A stretch of DNA of 64,000 bases from Mobula hypostoma (Eukaryota): the NCBI RefSeq assembly GCF_963921235.1, contig NC_086097.1, forward strand, positions 10,974,001 through 11,038,000, written 5' to 3'. The notes beneath the pieces were generated by a model. The model did no database searches and was not told where the DNA came from. It worked only from the letters and a program-made list of their open reading frames with translations. This document shows positions 24,375 to 37,117 of this stretch, piece after piece; position 1 is the first letter of the stretch; the number at the start of each line of letters is the position of its first letter. The translations under genes and the position numbers were made by a program.

Positions 24375-27299
24375 GAACGTGGATTTTAAAATTCCTTCTA
24401 AGATCTTGGCTAATAGACTTGAGAGTATTTTACCTAGGATTATTTCCAATGATCAAACTGGATTTATTAAAAATAGATATTCACATTTTAACATTCGAAG
24501 ATTATTAAACATTATTCACTCTTCTCCATCCAAAGAATCTGAATGTGTTGTTTCCCTTGATGCAGAGAAAGTCTTTGATAGGGTGGAGTGGTCTTACTTG
24601 TCTGAGGTTTTGGAAAGATTTAATTTTAGTCCAGGATTTATTTCCTGGATTAAATTGATCTATCATACCCCTATGGCTGCGGTTATAACTAATAATCAAA
24701 AAATCTCCTTACTTTAGATTATACAGGGGTACTAGGCAGGGATGTCCTCTTAGCCCCTTATTACTTAAGTTGGCTTTGGAGTCCCTTACTATTACTCTTA
24801 GAGATTCTAATACTGTTGATTGTTAATACTCGTATCTGATTGAAACGTATAAGATCCTAAAGGGATTGGACAGGCTAGATGCGGGAAGATTGTTCCCGAT
24901 GTTGGGGAGGTCTAGAACGAGGGGTCACAGTTTGAGGATAGAGGGGAAGCCTTTTAGGACCGAGGTTAGGAAAAACTTCTTCACACAGAGAGTGGTGAAT
25001 CTGTGGAATTCTCTGCCACAGCAAACTGTTGAGGCCAGTTCATTAGCTATGTTTAAAAGGAAGTTAGATATGGCCCTTGTGGCTACAGGGGTCAGGGGGT
25101 ATGGAGGGAAGGCTGGGTTCTGAGTTGGATGATCAGCCATGATCATAATAAATGGCGGTGCAGGCTCGAAGGGCCGAATGGCCTACTCCTGCACCTATTT
25201 TCTATGTTTCTATGTTTCTATGTTCAGGGGACAAGAGAGGGGACAAAGTACACAAGTTTTCGTTTTATGCAGATCACCTGTTGGTTTATATTTCAGATCC
25301 TAAGAAATCTATTCCTTCTATGTTATCTATATTTTCTGAATTCAGTAGTTTTTCTAGATATAAATTAACTTTACATAGAACTAAGTTATTTCCTATTAAT
25401 AATTACTCCGATCAAAATCATGAAGTACCTTTTAGTATTGCTAAAAATTACTTTACTTATGTTGGTATTAAAAAAATTACTAAATTACTAAAAATTTTAA
25501 AGATCTCTATAAATGTAATTTTCTCCCAATAATTGATCACACCAAACAAATGCTTTTTAAATGGTCACCTATGACATTATCATTAATAGGTCGAATTAAT
25601 GCTATTAAAATGATAGTCCTACCGAAATTCTTATATATATATTTCAGGCAGTTCCTTCCTTTGTTCCTAAAATGTTTTTTGACAGAATAGACTCTATAAG
25701 CTTCTCTTATATTTGGAATAATAAAAATGCTAAATTGAGTAAACTCTTATTGCAGAAATTAAAAAAGGATGGTGGTATGGCTTTGCCAAATTTTAGAATG
25801 TGTTATTGGGCAATTAATATTTGATACATTACTTTTTGGATTCATTATTCAGACATACTCGGTGAAGGGGTTCTCTTTACTGGGAGCTCCTCTTCCCTTT
25901 TTGTTTTCTAAGATTAGTAGACACGATTTTAATCCATTATTAAACAAACATTAAGAATTTGGTTTCAGTTTCATAAATTTTTTGAGTTAAACAATTTTGC
26001 TCTTTTTAGTAATGTCCATCTCAATTTTCTTTTTAAACCATCAATTTTGGATAAGGCCTTTTTAATTTGTAAAACCAAGAGAATAACAACTTTTTCAGAT
26101 TTGTTTTCAGGGGATTGTTTACTGTTTTTTTCTCAGTTAGTGGATAAAAATGATTTATCTAATGTACACTTTTTTAGATACTGGTATTTACAAATTAGGA
26201 ATTTCTTACGTGGTTTGCTGCCAAATTACCCTTCTGCTTATCCACCTAACATGACAGATGCTCTCTTTCAGTTTAAACCACTTCAGAAAGGGTTGATAGC
26301 TATAATTTATAAACGGTTATTGAATTTACGAATGATATCTAACGATAAAATTAAACGTGCATGGGAATTGGAATTTCAGGAGTCATTTTCAGATAATCAA
26401 TGGAGTAAAATTTTTCATTTGGTGAATAACTCATCGATTTGTGCCCGTCATTCCTTGATACAGTTCAAGGTAGTGCATCGGGCCCAAATGTCAAAGGATA
26501 AACTGGCACATATTTTTTCCAGCATTAATCCTATTTGTGACAGATGAAATATTAAGGTGGCCACTCTAACTCATAAGTTTTGGTCTTGTATAAAGCTAGA
26601 TAAGTTTTGGACAGATCTTTTTAAAACGCTATCAGAAGTCTTAGATCTGGACGCACAACCTAATTTACTCATGGCAATCTTTGGGATTATCCCATCGAAA
26701 ACAAGAAATATTCCTGTTTCCGCTCAACGTATGATAGCCTTTTCAACTTTATTGACTAGGAGACCCATTTTATTGAAGTGGAAGGTTTCTAATCCACCTA
26801 CTGTCTTTTTTTGGTTTTCCTCCATTATGTCCTGTTAAGTTTAGAGAAAATAAGAAGTCGGACATTTGATACATCCTTTAAATTTGAGCAAATCTGGCGA
26901 CCTTTTATTCAATATTTTCACTTGATTTGATTTGTTACTCTTCCAATTATTCTTTTCGAAGTTTTAGAATTGATCAGAAAGTCGTATCCTCAGAATGGAC
27001 TGCCCAGTCCTTTTCTTTCCTTTTTTTTCTTACAATGTAGTGGGAGGGGTTTTCTTTTCTTCTCATTTTAAAAATTTAAAGTTTTTTTTCTCTCTCTATG
27101 AATTGATAAGAGGAGAATTAGATGTCTTTCTCTTTAATTATATATTACATATTCGCTTAATACGATGTATGATTTTGATAATGTCTATTTCACTTTCTGT
27201 TTAATATTGTTACTAATATATATATTTGAGATAATTCTCCTCTTGTTTGTATATGTGCTCTTTCTAAATCAATAAAAAGATTAATAAAGAAAAAAAGAA
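24375..27299 (+). mobile_element. 5'-truncated L1-clade LINE (ORF2 RT and C-terminal Cys-rich region, disrupted)
   Basis: KILANRLESILPRIISNDQTGFIKNR, SLDAEKVFDRVEW, GTRQGCPLSPLL, FYAD, CDR...TLTHKFWSC; AATAAA and A-rich tail; 14 bp TSD AAGAGTGGCCCACT at 24361-24374 and 27300-27313. Confidence 0.93.
24835..25224 (+). mobile_element. Young CR1 3' fragment inserted in the L1 RT domain
   Basis: Near-identical to 23357-23750; L1 frame resumes after the (TTTCTATG)n tail. Confidence 0.92.
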
Positions 27300-28869
27300 A
27301 AGAGTGGCCCACTAGTCCTCCAGATTTGTGGGTTCAGCTCAGGGCTAACAACCCCGACTGGTAAAACAAAGCTATTGTGAAAACAGCAATGAAGAATCCT
27401 TCAACATCTGTCTGTGATGGTATTTTGGAGTCTCCACCTGGGACTTGCATGAATGACAGTAGTGAAAACCGAGAGGAAACTGCTGACACAATGAAGGAAG
27501 CCCTGACCGCCGCCAAGGAGGTGGAGGATCTTCATTGGCACCCTAAACACCATCATAGCTGGGCATATGACATTATTTTAATCAGGAATTTGAGATGAAA
27601 TGCATGATATATTATTAATCCATGAAGGAAAATTTCTAGTTAAATTTTCACCTTCATTTTAAAATTATTTCTATAAATGTATGCTTAAAATGCAGGGTAC
27701 ATTTATTGCAGACTCTGTAGCTGAAGGGCCTGTATGACTGTGATTTTATTCTCATCCATAAGCATGGCTGCAAATGCACACACACAAAATACTGGGAGAA
27801 TTCTGAATCTGAACCTGCATGTCTTACCCGTGCAGTTTAATTAGAGACAATAAATTCTCATTGAAAATGTGCAAACAATCACACAAAGCAGCCCCCAACC
27901 TACAGAGCTGTGGTACAACCAAAATCCATTTATATTTATTACTGATTTCTGCTTACTTTTCAGTGCAATTTAACAAACAATTTTAGAGGTCTTCAGAATA
28001 GAACCTTTGTTTTTAGAGATTGGACTGCTTTTACCACAGGTATCTCAACAAACAAAGGGAAGTCAGATCATCACAAAGACGGAACTCATGACAATCAAAT
28101 ACCCACTGGCCCTTGTCCAATGGCATTATGCTCTGCTGATAGACCATTTTTTCTTCTGCAGAATGCAAACTGATTATACCCAGCCTATTCATGTGCATTT
28201 TCATGTTGTCTGAAATGTGTTACCTTCCCCTCATGAATATCAATATAACAATACTTGAAAGGTCAGGATCTTAGGAAGCCAGGCATAAATAAGAGAGTGT
28301 AACAAAAAAATAACAAATAACCAATTATCCCAGGCATTCACCAAAGCTAAGTGGAATTTACAACTTGTCATAACAAGCTGCTGCAAGAGATTGTTCATAA
28401 TGGAACAAGAGAAATTCGGGTTAATGAGATTCCTCAACTCTGTTTATTCACAGAAGTACTACTTTATCATTAGCTGGTGAGTTATTACAGAGAACTGAAT
28501 GTACATGGTTTTCCATTGGACTTGGAATTGGTTTATTGTTGTCCCATGTACCAAAAGGCAATACAAGAGCAGATGTAATTTCCTTTATGATTAGGTTGAA
28601 TGCTTCTTGAGATGCAGTAGTCCACGTGCCTCCAAATGGGTTCTTTCAGATTATGATACTGGCTATCATTCTTCATAGTGGAGTTCTTTCTGGTAGCTGG
28701 GTACCCTAATGTCAAATCATTGAGTGGCTTAACTTTACAAGAAAAATCCTTAATAAATTAGTGCTAATATCCAATATATTAGATTAGATTAGATTATGAG
28801 GATACACAGTCCTCTTTTATTGTCCTTTAGTAATGCGTGCATTAAGAAATGATACTTTTTGTTCCTCCA

Positions 28870-30330
28870 GGAAGGACTTCAATTCCCTTAGATTTCTGAG
28901 AATTGGCCACCGCTATCTCGTCAGAGTCAGTTAGGAAGTAACTGAAGTTATCTCCTTTACAGGCACCTGCCGTTTGAGACTATATAATGGCATGTTGTTT
29001 GACTGTTCCTAAATGCCATATCATGCATGTGGTTCTGGAAGCATGCCTGTCTTCCTTGGTGCGTAGAAATGTCAATAGCTTGGGAAATGATGGCGGGTTT
29101 TGTTTTTTCTGATCCAGCTACAGCTCTAAGATTGGGGAGCCGTCCCAACATCGCCTATAAAATTGCTTTAAGAGATGCTTGTTAGCCTCAATTTCAGCAA
29201 CTCTGTCTCACTTTATGGTCCATGTCAACACTACCTGCAGCCGCTATAGATAGGCAGACAGTTTTTCACCCATGTTCTGTACCGTATTCATAAATTTGAT
29301 GGATAATTCATCACTGTCTTCCATGGAGGCAAAATCTGAATCTAGGAGTTGACATAAACAGCAGGTGAAGCTCCAGAGCTTATTGGCTTGATGATATCCA
29401 CATATTTTCTGTGTAATATGAAGATCATACACTCTTGGGTCTTGCAAGAGCAGTTCAACACTAGAGCGCCAAATCTCATAATCCGCCTCATTAGATGGAT
29501 GAAGGACCCTATCAAAAAAAGTCTAGAGCCTCACTGGTGGATTACCATGAGCCATCAAGTCATTACTGTGCACAATGTGCTCCACTACGACTCCTTGAAT
29601 ATCTTGATCACTGGGAGAGAAGGATGGGTTCATTGCAACTCCAGTAGCTTGTATTACAAGGACTGAGTTATTCTGCATAGCAGCTAGATCTGTTTCTGGC
29701 TGGTTAATATCAGAGGAGTCGGCTCTGAAATTATTTCCCCACTCTCGATAATAGGTGTTTCACAGATCTGTGCTAACTCTCACTCAAGATTTCTTCATAA
29801 TCTTTACCACTGCACTTTTCTAAGGTTTTCAACTCACCAAGATAAGCTTAAGTGATGTCTTTTCCAGCTATATGAGTGCAAACACTGGCTAAAGTAACTA
29901 CATGGTAGGAAACATTTTGGTCACCGCTTGCCTGTTGAGTGTACTGTAGCAAGGGCTTGAGATCTTACACTACAGAACCAAAATTGTACTCTGCTACGAG
30001 GGACTCAGTAGACTCTGCTCCAGAATCAGTTAGAGGAATAACTCTGGCAACTGAACCATATCTTTTTAGGAAGTTTGGTACTTTCTCATCTTTTTCTGTT
30101 CCTATTATGCCACTGACTAAATCAGCATTTGGGATTTTGACACCTTTTTCCTCCAGGACTTCCATTTTCTTTCAATGTAACAGTAATTTAATTGAACAAA
30201 AGTGAGTTTGAATAATGAGATTATTTTAATGCTTTGTACATTAATCAGTGTGTTAGTATTTATCTAATAAACTGCCTCCTGGCTAACCCACCAAGTTTTA
30301 TGTAACACCTTTGTAGTGTTTTCTTATCTT
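28870..30330 (-). mobile_element. Decayed Gypsy/Ty3 LTR retrotransposon, gag region (PNMA-like capsid) with the adjoining LTR edge
   Basis: MEVLEEKGVKIPNADLVSGIIG...FLKRYGSVARV (29965..30165) and LDSDFASMEDSDELSIKFMNTVQNMGEKLSAYL (in 29244..29447) resemble fish Gypsy gag; on the minus strand, TGTTACA ending at 30301 is followed by TAAAACTTGGTGGG (LTR end / PBS-like). Confidence 0.7.
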
Positions 30331-30571
30331 GTGAGACTGGTCGCCACACAGTTTATGAAGAATTTGAATTACCTAGTACTACACTGGGTGCTAGTAGGCC
30401 ATCAGAAGCTCTAGGTATCGGAAGGAGGCAGTGAATAGAAAACACACACTGCTGGAAGTAAGTTTTGGTTACAAAAAAATAGCAACATGTAAAAATTATT
30501 TACATGAGTAAGAGCAATTCAAAATTCTAACATTCAGTCCAAGTCTCAGATATCAATGAAAACCAAGTTCT

Positions 30572-31630
30572 TAAACGCATCTCCCCCATTTCACGTACAT
30601 CTGCTCTCACTCCATCCTCCCACCACCCCACTAGGAATAGGGTTCCCCTGGTCCTCACCTACCACCCTACCAGCCTCCGGGTCCAACATATTATTCTCCG
30701 TAACTTCCGCCACCTCCAACGGGATCCCACCACTAAGCACATCTTTCCCTCCCCCACTGTCTCTGCATTCCGCAGGGATCGCTCCCTACGCAACACCCTT
30801 GTCCATTCGTCCCCCTCATCCCTCCCCACTGATCTCCCTCCTGGCACTTATCCGTGTAAGCGGAACAAGTGCTACACATGACCTTACACTTCCTCCCTTA
30901 CCACCATTCAGGGCCCACAGTCCTTCCAGGTGAGGCATCACTTCACCTGTGAGTCGACTGGGGTGATATACTGCGTCCGGTGCTCCCGATGTGGCCTTTT
31001 ATATATTGGTGAGACCTGACGCAGACCGGGAGACCGCTTTGCTGAACATCTACGCTCTGTCCGCCAGAGAAAGCAGTATCTCCCAGTGGCCACGCATTTT
31101 AATTCCACATCCCATTCCCATTCTGACATGTCTATCCACGGCCTCCTCTACTGTAAAGATGAAGCCACACTCAGGTTGGAGGAACAACACCTTATATTCC
31201 GTCTGGGTAGCCTCCAAACTAATGGCATGAACATTGACTTCTCTAACTTCCGCTAAGGCCCCACCTCCCCCTCGTACCCCATCTGTTACTCATTTTTAAG
31301 CACACATTCTTTCTCTCACTCTCCTTTTTCTCCCTCTGTCCCTCTGAATATACCTCTTGCCCATCCTCTGGGTCACACCCCCCCCTTGTCTTTCTTCCCG
31401 GACCTCCTGTCCCATGATCCTCTCGTATCCCCTTTTGCCTATCACCTGTCCAGCTCTCGGCTCCATCCCTCCCCCTCCTGTCTTCTCCTATCATTTTGGA
31501 TCTCCTCCTCCCCCTCCAGCTTTCAAATCCCTTACTCACTCTTCCTTCAGTTAGTCCTGACAAAGGGTCTCGGCCTGAAACGTCGACTGCACCTCTTCCT
31601 ATGGATGCTGCTTGGCCTGCTGCGTTCACC
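30572..31630 (+). mobile_element. 5'-truncated Penelope-like element: Cys-rich linker, GIY-YIG endonuclease, pyrimidine-rich 3' UTR and hammerhead repeat
   Basis: Hand translation across stops and a frameshift: RVPLVLTYHPTSLRVQHIILRNF...AFRRDRSLRNTLV...PCKRNKCYT...FTCESTGVIYCVRCSRCGLLYIGET.RR..DRFAEH...LIFRLGSLQTNGMNIDFSNFR* (stop ~31256); hammerhead 31554-31587 with a CTGACAA core. Confidence 0.92.
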
Positions 31631-31818
31631 AGCAACTTTGATGTGTGTTCCTTTTTATTTAGAATCAGTGAGATTTATTAGAAAAACCTTTAGTACCCCA
31701 ATTTCTCTAACTAATTAGATCTAGTGTTATTACCTATTTAAATATTTACATACTAACATTTGTCTTTTTATTTATCACTAGTTACTTCGGAAACTTACTG
31801 AATTCCTACTTTCTTGTA

Positions 31819-31971
31819 CAGGTCGGTCTTCATTCATCCAGCACCACTGGGACCTGAGGAGTGCTGGATTAGTGAAAATGCCAGATTACAGAAGGATCAC
31901 ATTAAGCATAATCAGTGCTGGATTATTGAAAAACCGGATTACAGGTAGTCGGATTAGTGAAGGTCGACCTG
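31819..31971. mobile_element. pogo/Tigger-type MITE (153 bp)
   Basis: TIRs CAGGTCGGTCTTCATTCATCC and CAGGTCGACCTTCACTAATCC (17/21 match); TA on the left, CA on the right; internal repeats of the GGATTA motif. Confidence 0.7.
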
Positions 31972-33149
31972 CATTATGATTAACCTCAGTTTCATTTTCA
32001 AGTCAATATGTCTACAAATTCAAATTCAATCCCCAAACAAAAATACAGCTTAACTCCTTTCACGACATATTCTCCAACATCACAACTTTTAAATAAGGTA
32101 AATTTCATTCAGTAAATTATCAAAATTCTTGCAAAATAATCAGTTCTTCCAGAAAATCGAATTCAGATCCTTTGAATGAGAAATGAACTTGTACATCCAA
32201 CCATATTAAATCTGTTATGTCTTGAAACATTTCCTTTCCAACTGGTTCTTCGAACTTGGATGGCTCGCCATCTTGTTTCTTGGCTCATTGGATGAAATGG
32301 TGGGTCATCCACAGAAAGTCAATTCACAATACATACACAAAAAAAAGCTGAGCTGTATACAACAGGATTACAGTCCATAAGTTTCTTATATGCATTCTAT
32401 TTTCTATTTCAAAATAATTCATTATCACATTGTCATTTCCAAACATTTATCAGTTACAACACTACCAAATACATTTCACACACAAATTATACACTCAGAA
32501 TAGTAAAAGTGTTTTAATTCACCAAATCCCTTGGTTTGATTTATCAGAACTAAATCCTGGTTGCACTGTAGAAATCTTGGACACTACTCTCTGCCGATAT
32601 TGTCTCGCTATAGCTGGTGCTCATTATAGCCGTAGCTTCAACTTATCTTCATCCTGAGGACTTCTAACAGTTTTTACCGTTAGTTAGTTTCTACAGTTTT
32701 CTGTGTTTTAGTCGTTTGTCTATGCCTGCGTCAGCCATGCCTTATTCGCGCTTAACAATTTTTTTCAAGTTTCCTTTTATTTTAAGTTCAGTTAGTCTCA
32801 TTTTCATCCCTCCACAGGTGGAGCTTTCTAACGTTACATCTTTGGGTTTAATTAACCTGGGTTACATAGACAATAAAGTGCAATATTATAATGAGGTAAA
32901 TTCTGACGCCAAGAGTACAAGGAAGGACCATCATTACAGAGAGGTAGAAGCTGTCCTTGAACCTGGTGGTACATGCTCTCAGGCTTGTAAATCTTCTATC
33001 TGATGGGAGAAAGGAGAGAAGAGATGCCAGGCTGGAAGGTGTCTCTGATTATGTTGGCTGCTTGACTGGGGCAGTGAGAAGCATGAACAGAGTATACGGA
33101 GGGGAGGCTGGTCTCTGTGATGTGCTGAGCAGTGTTGACATACAGTGAT

Positions 33150-33395
33150 TGGTGACATGCTATCACAAGTCCCGGCGCTGGACTTCAGAATACAGTCTTG
33201 ACATCCTCTGTCAGGAGTCTCTGGTCGTCCTACCCCTGGATCACATGAGCTTTCTCCGGGTCCTTTGGTTTCCTCCCACAGTCCAAAGACATACTCGGTA
33301 GGTTAATTACTCATTGTAAAATGACCTATGATTAAATTGGGGTTAAATTAGGATTGTCAGTGGTTGCTGCGCAGTGTGGCTCAAAACAAATAAAA
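33150..33395 (+). mobile_element. Decayed V-SINE
   Basis: TCTCCGGGTCCTTTGGTTTCCTCCCACAGTCCAAAGAC V-domain. Confidence 0.6.
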
Positions 33396-33738
33396 ATCCC
33401 AGTAGTTACTTACGGTCACAAGCAGAGCAGTTTGCCATACAAAGCCATATTGTATAGAATGATTTCTGGAATGCGAATTTCATGTCAACCTTCTTTAGTC
33501 TCCTGAGAAAGTAGAGATGCTGGTGAGCTTTCTTAGCCATGATGTTAACGTGGTGGATTGAGGACTGTTGGTGATGTTCACTCCCAGGAAGCTCCTAACC
33601 CTCTCATCTCAGACAGGAGCTGGTGCACCGACCTCCTTCCCGAAGTCAATGGCCGGCTCCTTTGTTTGGCTGATATTGAGGGAAAAGTTGGTGTCATGAC
33701 AACATGTCACTAGAACCTGTCTCTTTCTTACACTCCTG

Positions 33739-34105
33739 TCATCATCATCATGTCATATGACGTTGGCAATCATGGCCATGACCATGATTATCTTGGTGAA
33801 TTATTCTACATAATGGTTTGCCATTGCCTCCTTCTGGGCAGTGTCTTGGCAAGATAGGTGACCCCAGCTGTTAATAATACTCTTCACAGACTATCTGCCT
33901 GGCGTCAGTGGTCACATAACCAGGACTTGTGATATGCACCAGCTGCTCATACGACCATCCACCACCTGCACCCATGGCTACATGCTACCCTGATCTGGGG
34001 GGTTAAACAGGTGCTACACCTTGCCCAAGGGTGACCTGCAGGATAGCAGAAGGAAAGAGCACCTTACACCTCCTTTGATAGAGATGTATTTCCACCCCGC
34101 CACCC
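33739..34105 (-). mobile_element. RTE-related non-autonomous element (family A), full length with (TGA)n tail
   Basis: Reverse complement of 3996-4360; tcatcatcatcat at ~33739-33751. Confidence 0.7.
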
Positions 34106-34121
34106 AATTTTGAATTTGATT

Positions 34122-34440
34122 AACACGTACAAAACGCTGGAGGAACTCAGCGGCCAGGCAGCATCTATGGAAAGGAATGAACAGACAATACTTCAGACAG
34201 AGACCCTTCATCAGGACTGGAAAGGAAGGGGGTGGAAGTCAGAATAAGAAGGTGAGGAGGAGGGGAAGAAGGACATGCTGGAAGGTGATAGGTGAGACCA
34301 GGTGAAGTGGACGGTAGGTGGGGGAGAGGGGGGAATGAAGTGAGAAGCTGGAACGTGAGAGGTGGAAAAGTTAAAGGGCTGAAGTAGAAGGAATCTGAGA
34401 GGAGAGGAAAGTGGACCGTGGGAGGAAGGAAAAGAAGAGG
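34122..34440 (-). mobile_element. Older Penelope-like terminal repeat/3' UTR with a decayed hammerhead
   Basis: GCTGGAGGAACTCAGC..CAGGCAGCATCTATGGA..AGACCCTTCATCAGGAC followed by a purine-rich tract. Confidence 0.7.
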
Positions 34441-35424
34441 AATCTGATTTCTTTTTTAAAAAATTGTTCAGGACAGGGACTGGGCTGTCTTTTTGAACAA
34501 CTGATTCTTTGCAGCAGTTTGATATATCTTATGTACAGTACCTCCGCGGTTTATCTCCTCCTTAGTGTGGTCATATGATGGAAGATTTTGAAAGGGATGC
34601 TATGAAATCCAGAGTTATACTTTGCACATCACTTGCAGTTTGCAAGCATGATGTTGAGTTTCCTTTCGCTAATTGAACTCTGGCAGTTGTGCCCTTGATC
34701 TTCCACTCTGTCCCATTGAAGTTCAATGTTAGTATGAGGAGCACCACACCATTTCCTGACTGGACCTGCTTAACTATTGAATTGCACTCCCTCCTTCTTC
34801 AAAACTACATTTCTGCAAGTAGCTTTCCAACCTTTCGCTGAACAAATTCAGATTACTAGTGTTCATCTTTCATTTACACTTTGCAAGATTGAGGTTTACT
34901 ATGTTTAGTTCCCTCAAATCCATCATCATTCATCCTTGAATCATAGAAGATGATTTATTTGTCTCATGTACATCAAAACATACAGTGAAATGTGATGTTT
35001 GCGTCAACTAAAATCAAATAAACAAGGATTGTGCAGGACAACCGACAAGGGTATCCTTGCTTCGGACACCAACGTAGCATGCCCACAACTCACTAATCCT
35101 AACTGTACATCCCTGGAATGTGCGAGGAAGCCGAAGAATCCGGAGGAATCCCAAACAGTCAAGAAGAGAACCTACTGTACCCACTCTTTACAGACAGTGA
35201 CGTCAATCGAATGCCAATCTTACAACTAGCACTGTAAAGCGTTGCACTAACTGCTACATTACTGTGTTGCCCATGATCTACTTTATCACTTAATCTCCAT
35301 ATTTCTGGATGAAATATTTGGCCCATCTACTATGTGCCAGTTCACAGATTTGCCAGTACCATATGCTGCACACACTCACAATCAATTCCCCCCAAATATT
35401 ACCACTTATTTCCCACAATTTTAT

Positions 35425-35625
35425 TAGAACATAGAAACATAGAAAACCTACAGCGCAATACAGGCCCTTCGGCCCACAAAGTTGTGCTGAACCTTAGAAA
35501 TTACTAGGCTTACCTATAGCCCTCTATTTTTCTACCTATCCAAAAGTCTCTTAAAAGACCCTATCGTACCCGCCTCCACCACCGTTGCTGGCAGCCAATT
35601 CCACACACTCACCACTCTCTGAGTA
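35425..35625 (-). mobile_element. CR1 3' end fragment
   Basis: Same subfamily as 10505-10720 and 45968-46170. Confidence 0.8.
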
Positions 35626-36081
35626 GTGAGTCCTAAATTTTCTGTCCTTAATTGAATATTTCCGATGGGCATAATATGTTTGCTTTTGATATTAATTGAG
35701 CAGGTAGCTAGGCCATGTCAGAGGGAAAAGAAGAGACAATATTTTGCTCAAACATATAAGATCGTAAGATGACTTGACAAGATGTAGTCTACTTAGCCTC
35801 CTAATGAATGGTCTTGGTCTGAAATGCCGATTGTTTATTTTCCTTCATAGATGCTGCCTGCCCCGCTGAGTTCCACAAGCATTTAGTGTGCACTTAGTGT
35901 ACAGATTCTCTTGTGTGTTCCCATCTTAGCCTCAGTTCTGTTTTCTTTACTGTCCTTTGACTCCCATGCAAACCAAAATTCTGTTAATATCTGCCTTGAG
36001 ATCTATCTTGAAATTGTCCCAATGGCAGCATCCACTGAACATTTGCCCCATCAAGCACCCTCAGAATATATCATTTTGTTT

Positions 36082-36969
36082 TGCTACCTCAAGGAGATCT
36101 GTGATTATTTTTTGTGAAAATGACGTAATGGTCTTTTGGAGGTCACCTGATGTAATTTTCCCGCCGATGTGAGGTCACGTGATAACATGTGCACCACGGG
36201 TATATAAGGGAAGTCTACAGATGACGCAGTTAGTTTTTAGTTTTTAGTTTTCAGTTTCCAGCTAAAACGTGCATCTGTGTCTCTGTTTCTGTTGCGTATT
36301 TGTTTTTATGACGCAGTTTCATTTTTAAAATGGAGTGTATGCTCTGTTGCAAGGTACAATAGTGCTGGACTGGCAATTTTTGCTAGATGTGTTGATGTAC
36401 CTTATTCTAGCAGTAGTACGGGAGAGTGAAGACTTTATCGAAGTACAGGACCTGAAGGATTGAGAGGAGTCAGTATCCTTCAGCAGTTTAACAAAGGATC
36501 GACCTTATTGAGTCTTCGTTGAAGGAGTAGTGACCTGCATCAAAGATAACTCTTGCCAAAAGAGCTAAGATTTCCTGCCGGATTTGCTCTCTAGAATTTA
36601 AGGTCTGTTGTCTTAAACTGTTTATTTCCTGCATCTTGAATCCTTTGGGTAGAACCAACAGGAAAGTCACGTCTATGAAGAAATCCTTCTCCAGAGAAGT
36701 CTCTCCCAATTGAACGTATAAATCTGTTGACCTTTTGAATTTACCATTTTAAGAACTATATCTGACTTTACCACTTTAAGAAATGTTTTCGCATTTAACA
36801 CTTTAAGAACCAGTGCCGCGTGACAATTTGTTGAACGGCTGCATAGCGGTTAACTTCCGGTTAAGGTTTTTGTTTGTCTTTTTTTATTGTTTATCCGTGT
36901 TTAATAAATGTTTGGTTGCTTTTATATAACCTGTCTTGATTAATGTTCATTGTTGCCGGTTACGTAACA
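36082..36969 (+). mobile_element. Solo LTR (888 bp), probably Gypsy-type
   Basis: TGCTAC...GTAACA termini (5/6 inverted); 4 bp TSD GTTT at 36078-36081 and 36970-36973; TATATAA at 36201; AATAAA at 36903. Confidence 0.75.
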
Positions 36970-37117
36970 GTTTCAATAAAATACCTTTCATTCTTGTAAA
37001 CTATATTGTGTTTTGGCTCAACCTGTTTAATTGTTCTTCAATTCATCTCTTCATCCAGGAACCAAACAAGTCAATTTAATCTGAATTTCAAATAGTTATT
37101 TATTTATTTACTTACTT

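Larger units (their letters stand above)
24240..27570 (+). mobile_element. RTE-derived non-autonomous element (family B) split by an L1: pieces ~24240-24374 and ~27300-27570
   Basis: The two halves join across the TSD; GGGCTAACAACCCCGACTGGTAAAA resembles RTE 5' UTRs; family assignment is from memory. Confidence 0.5.
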
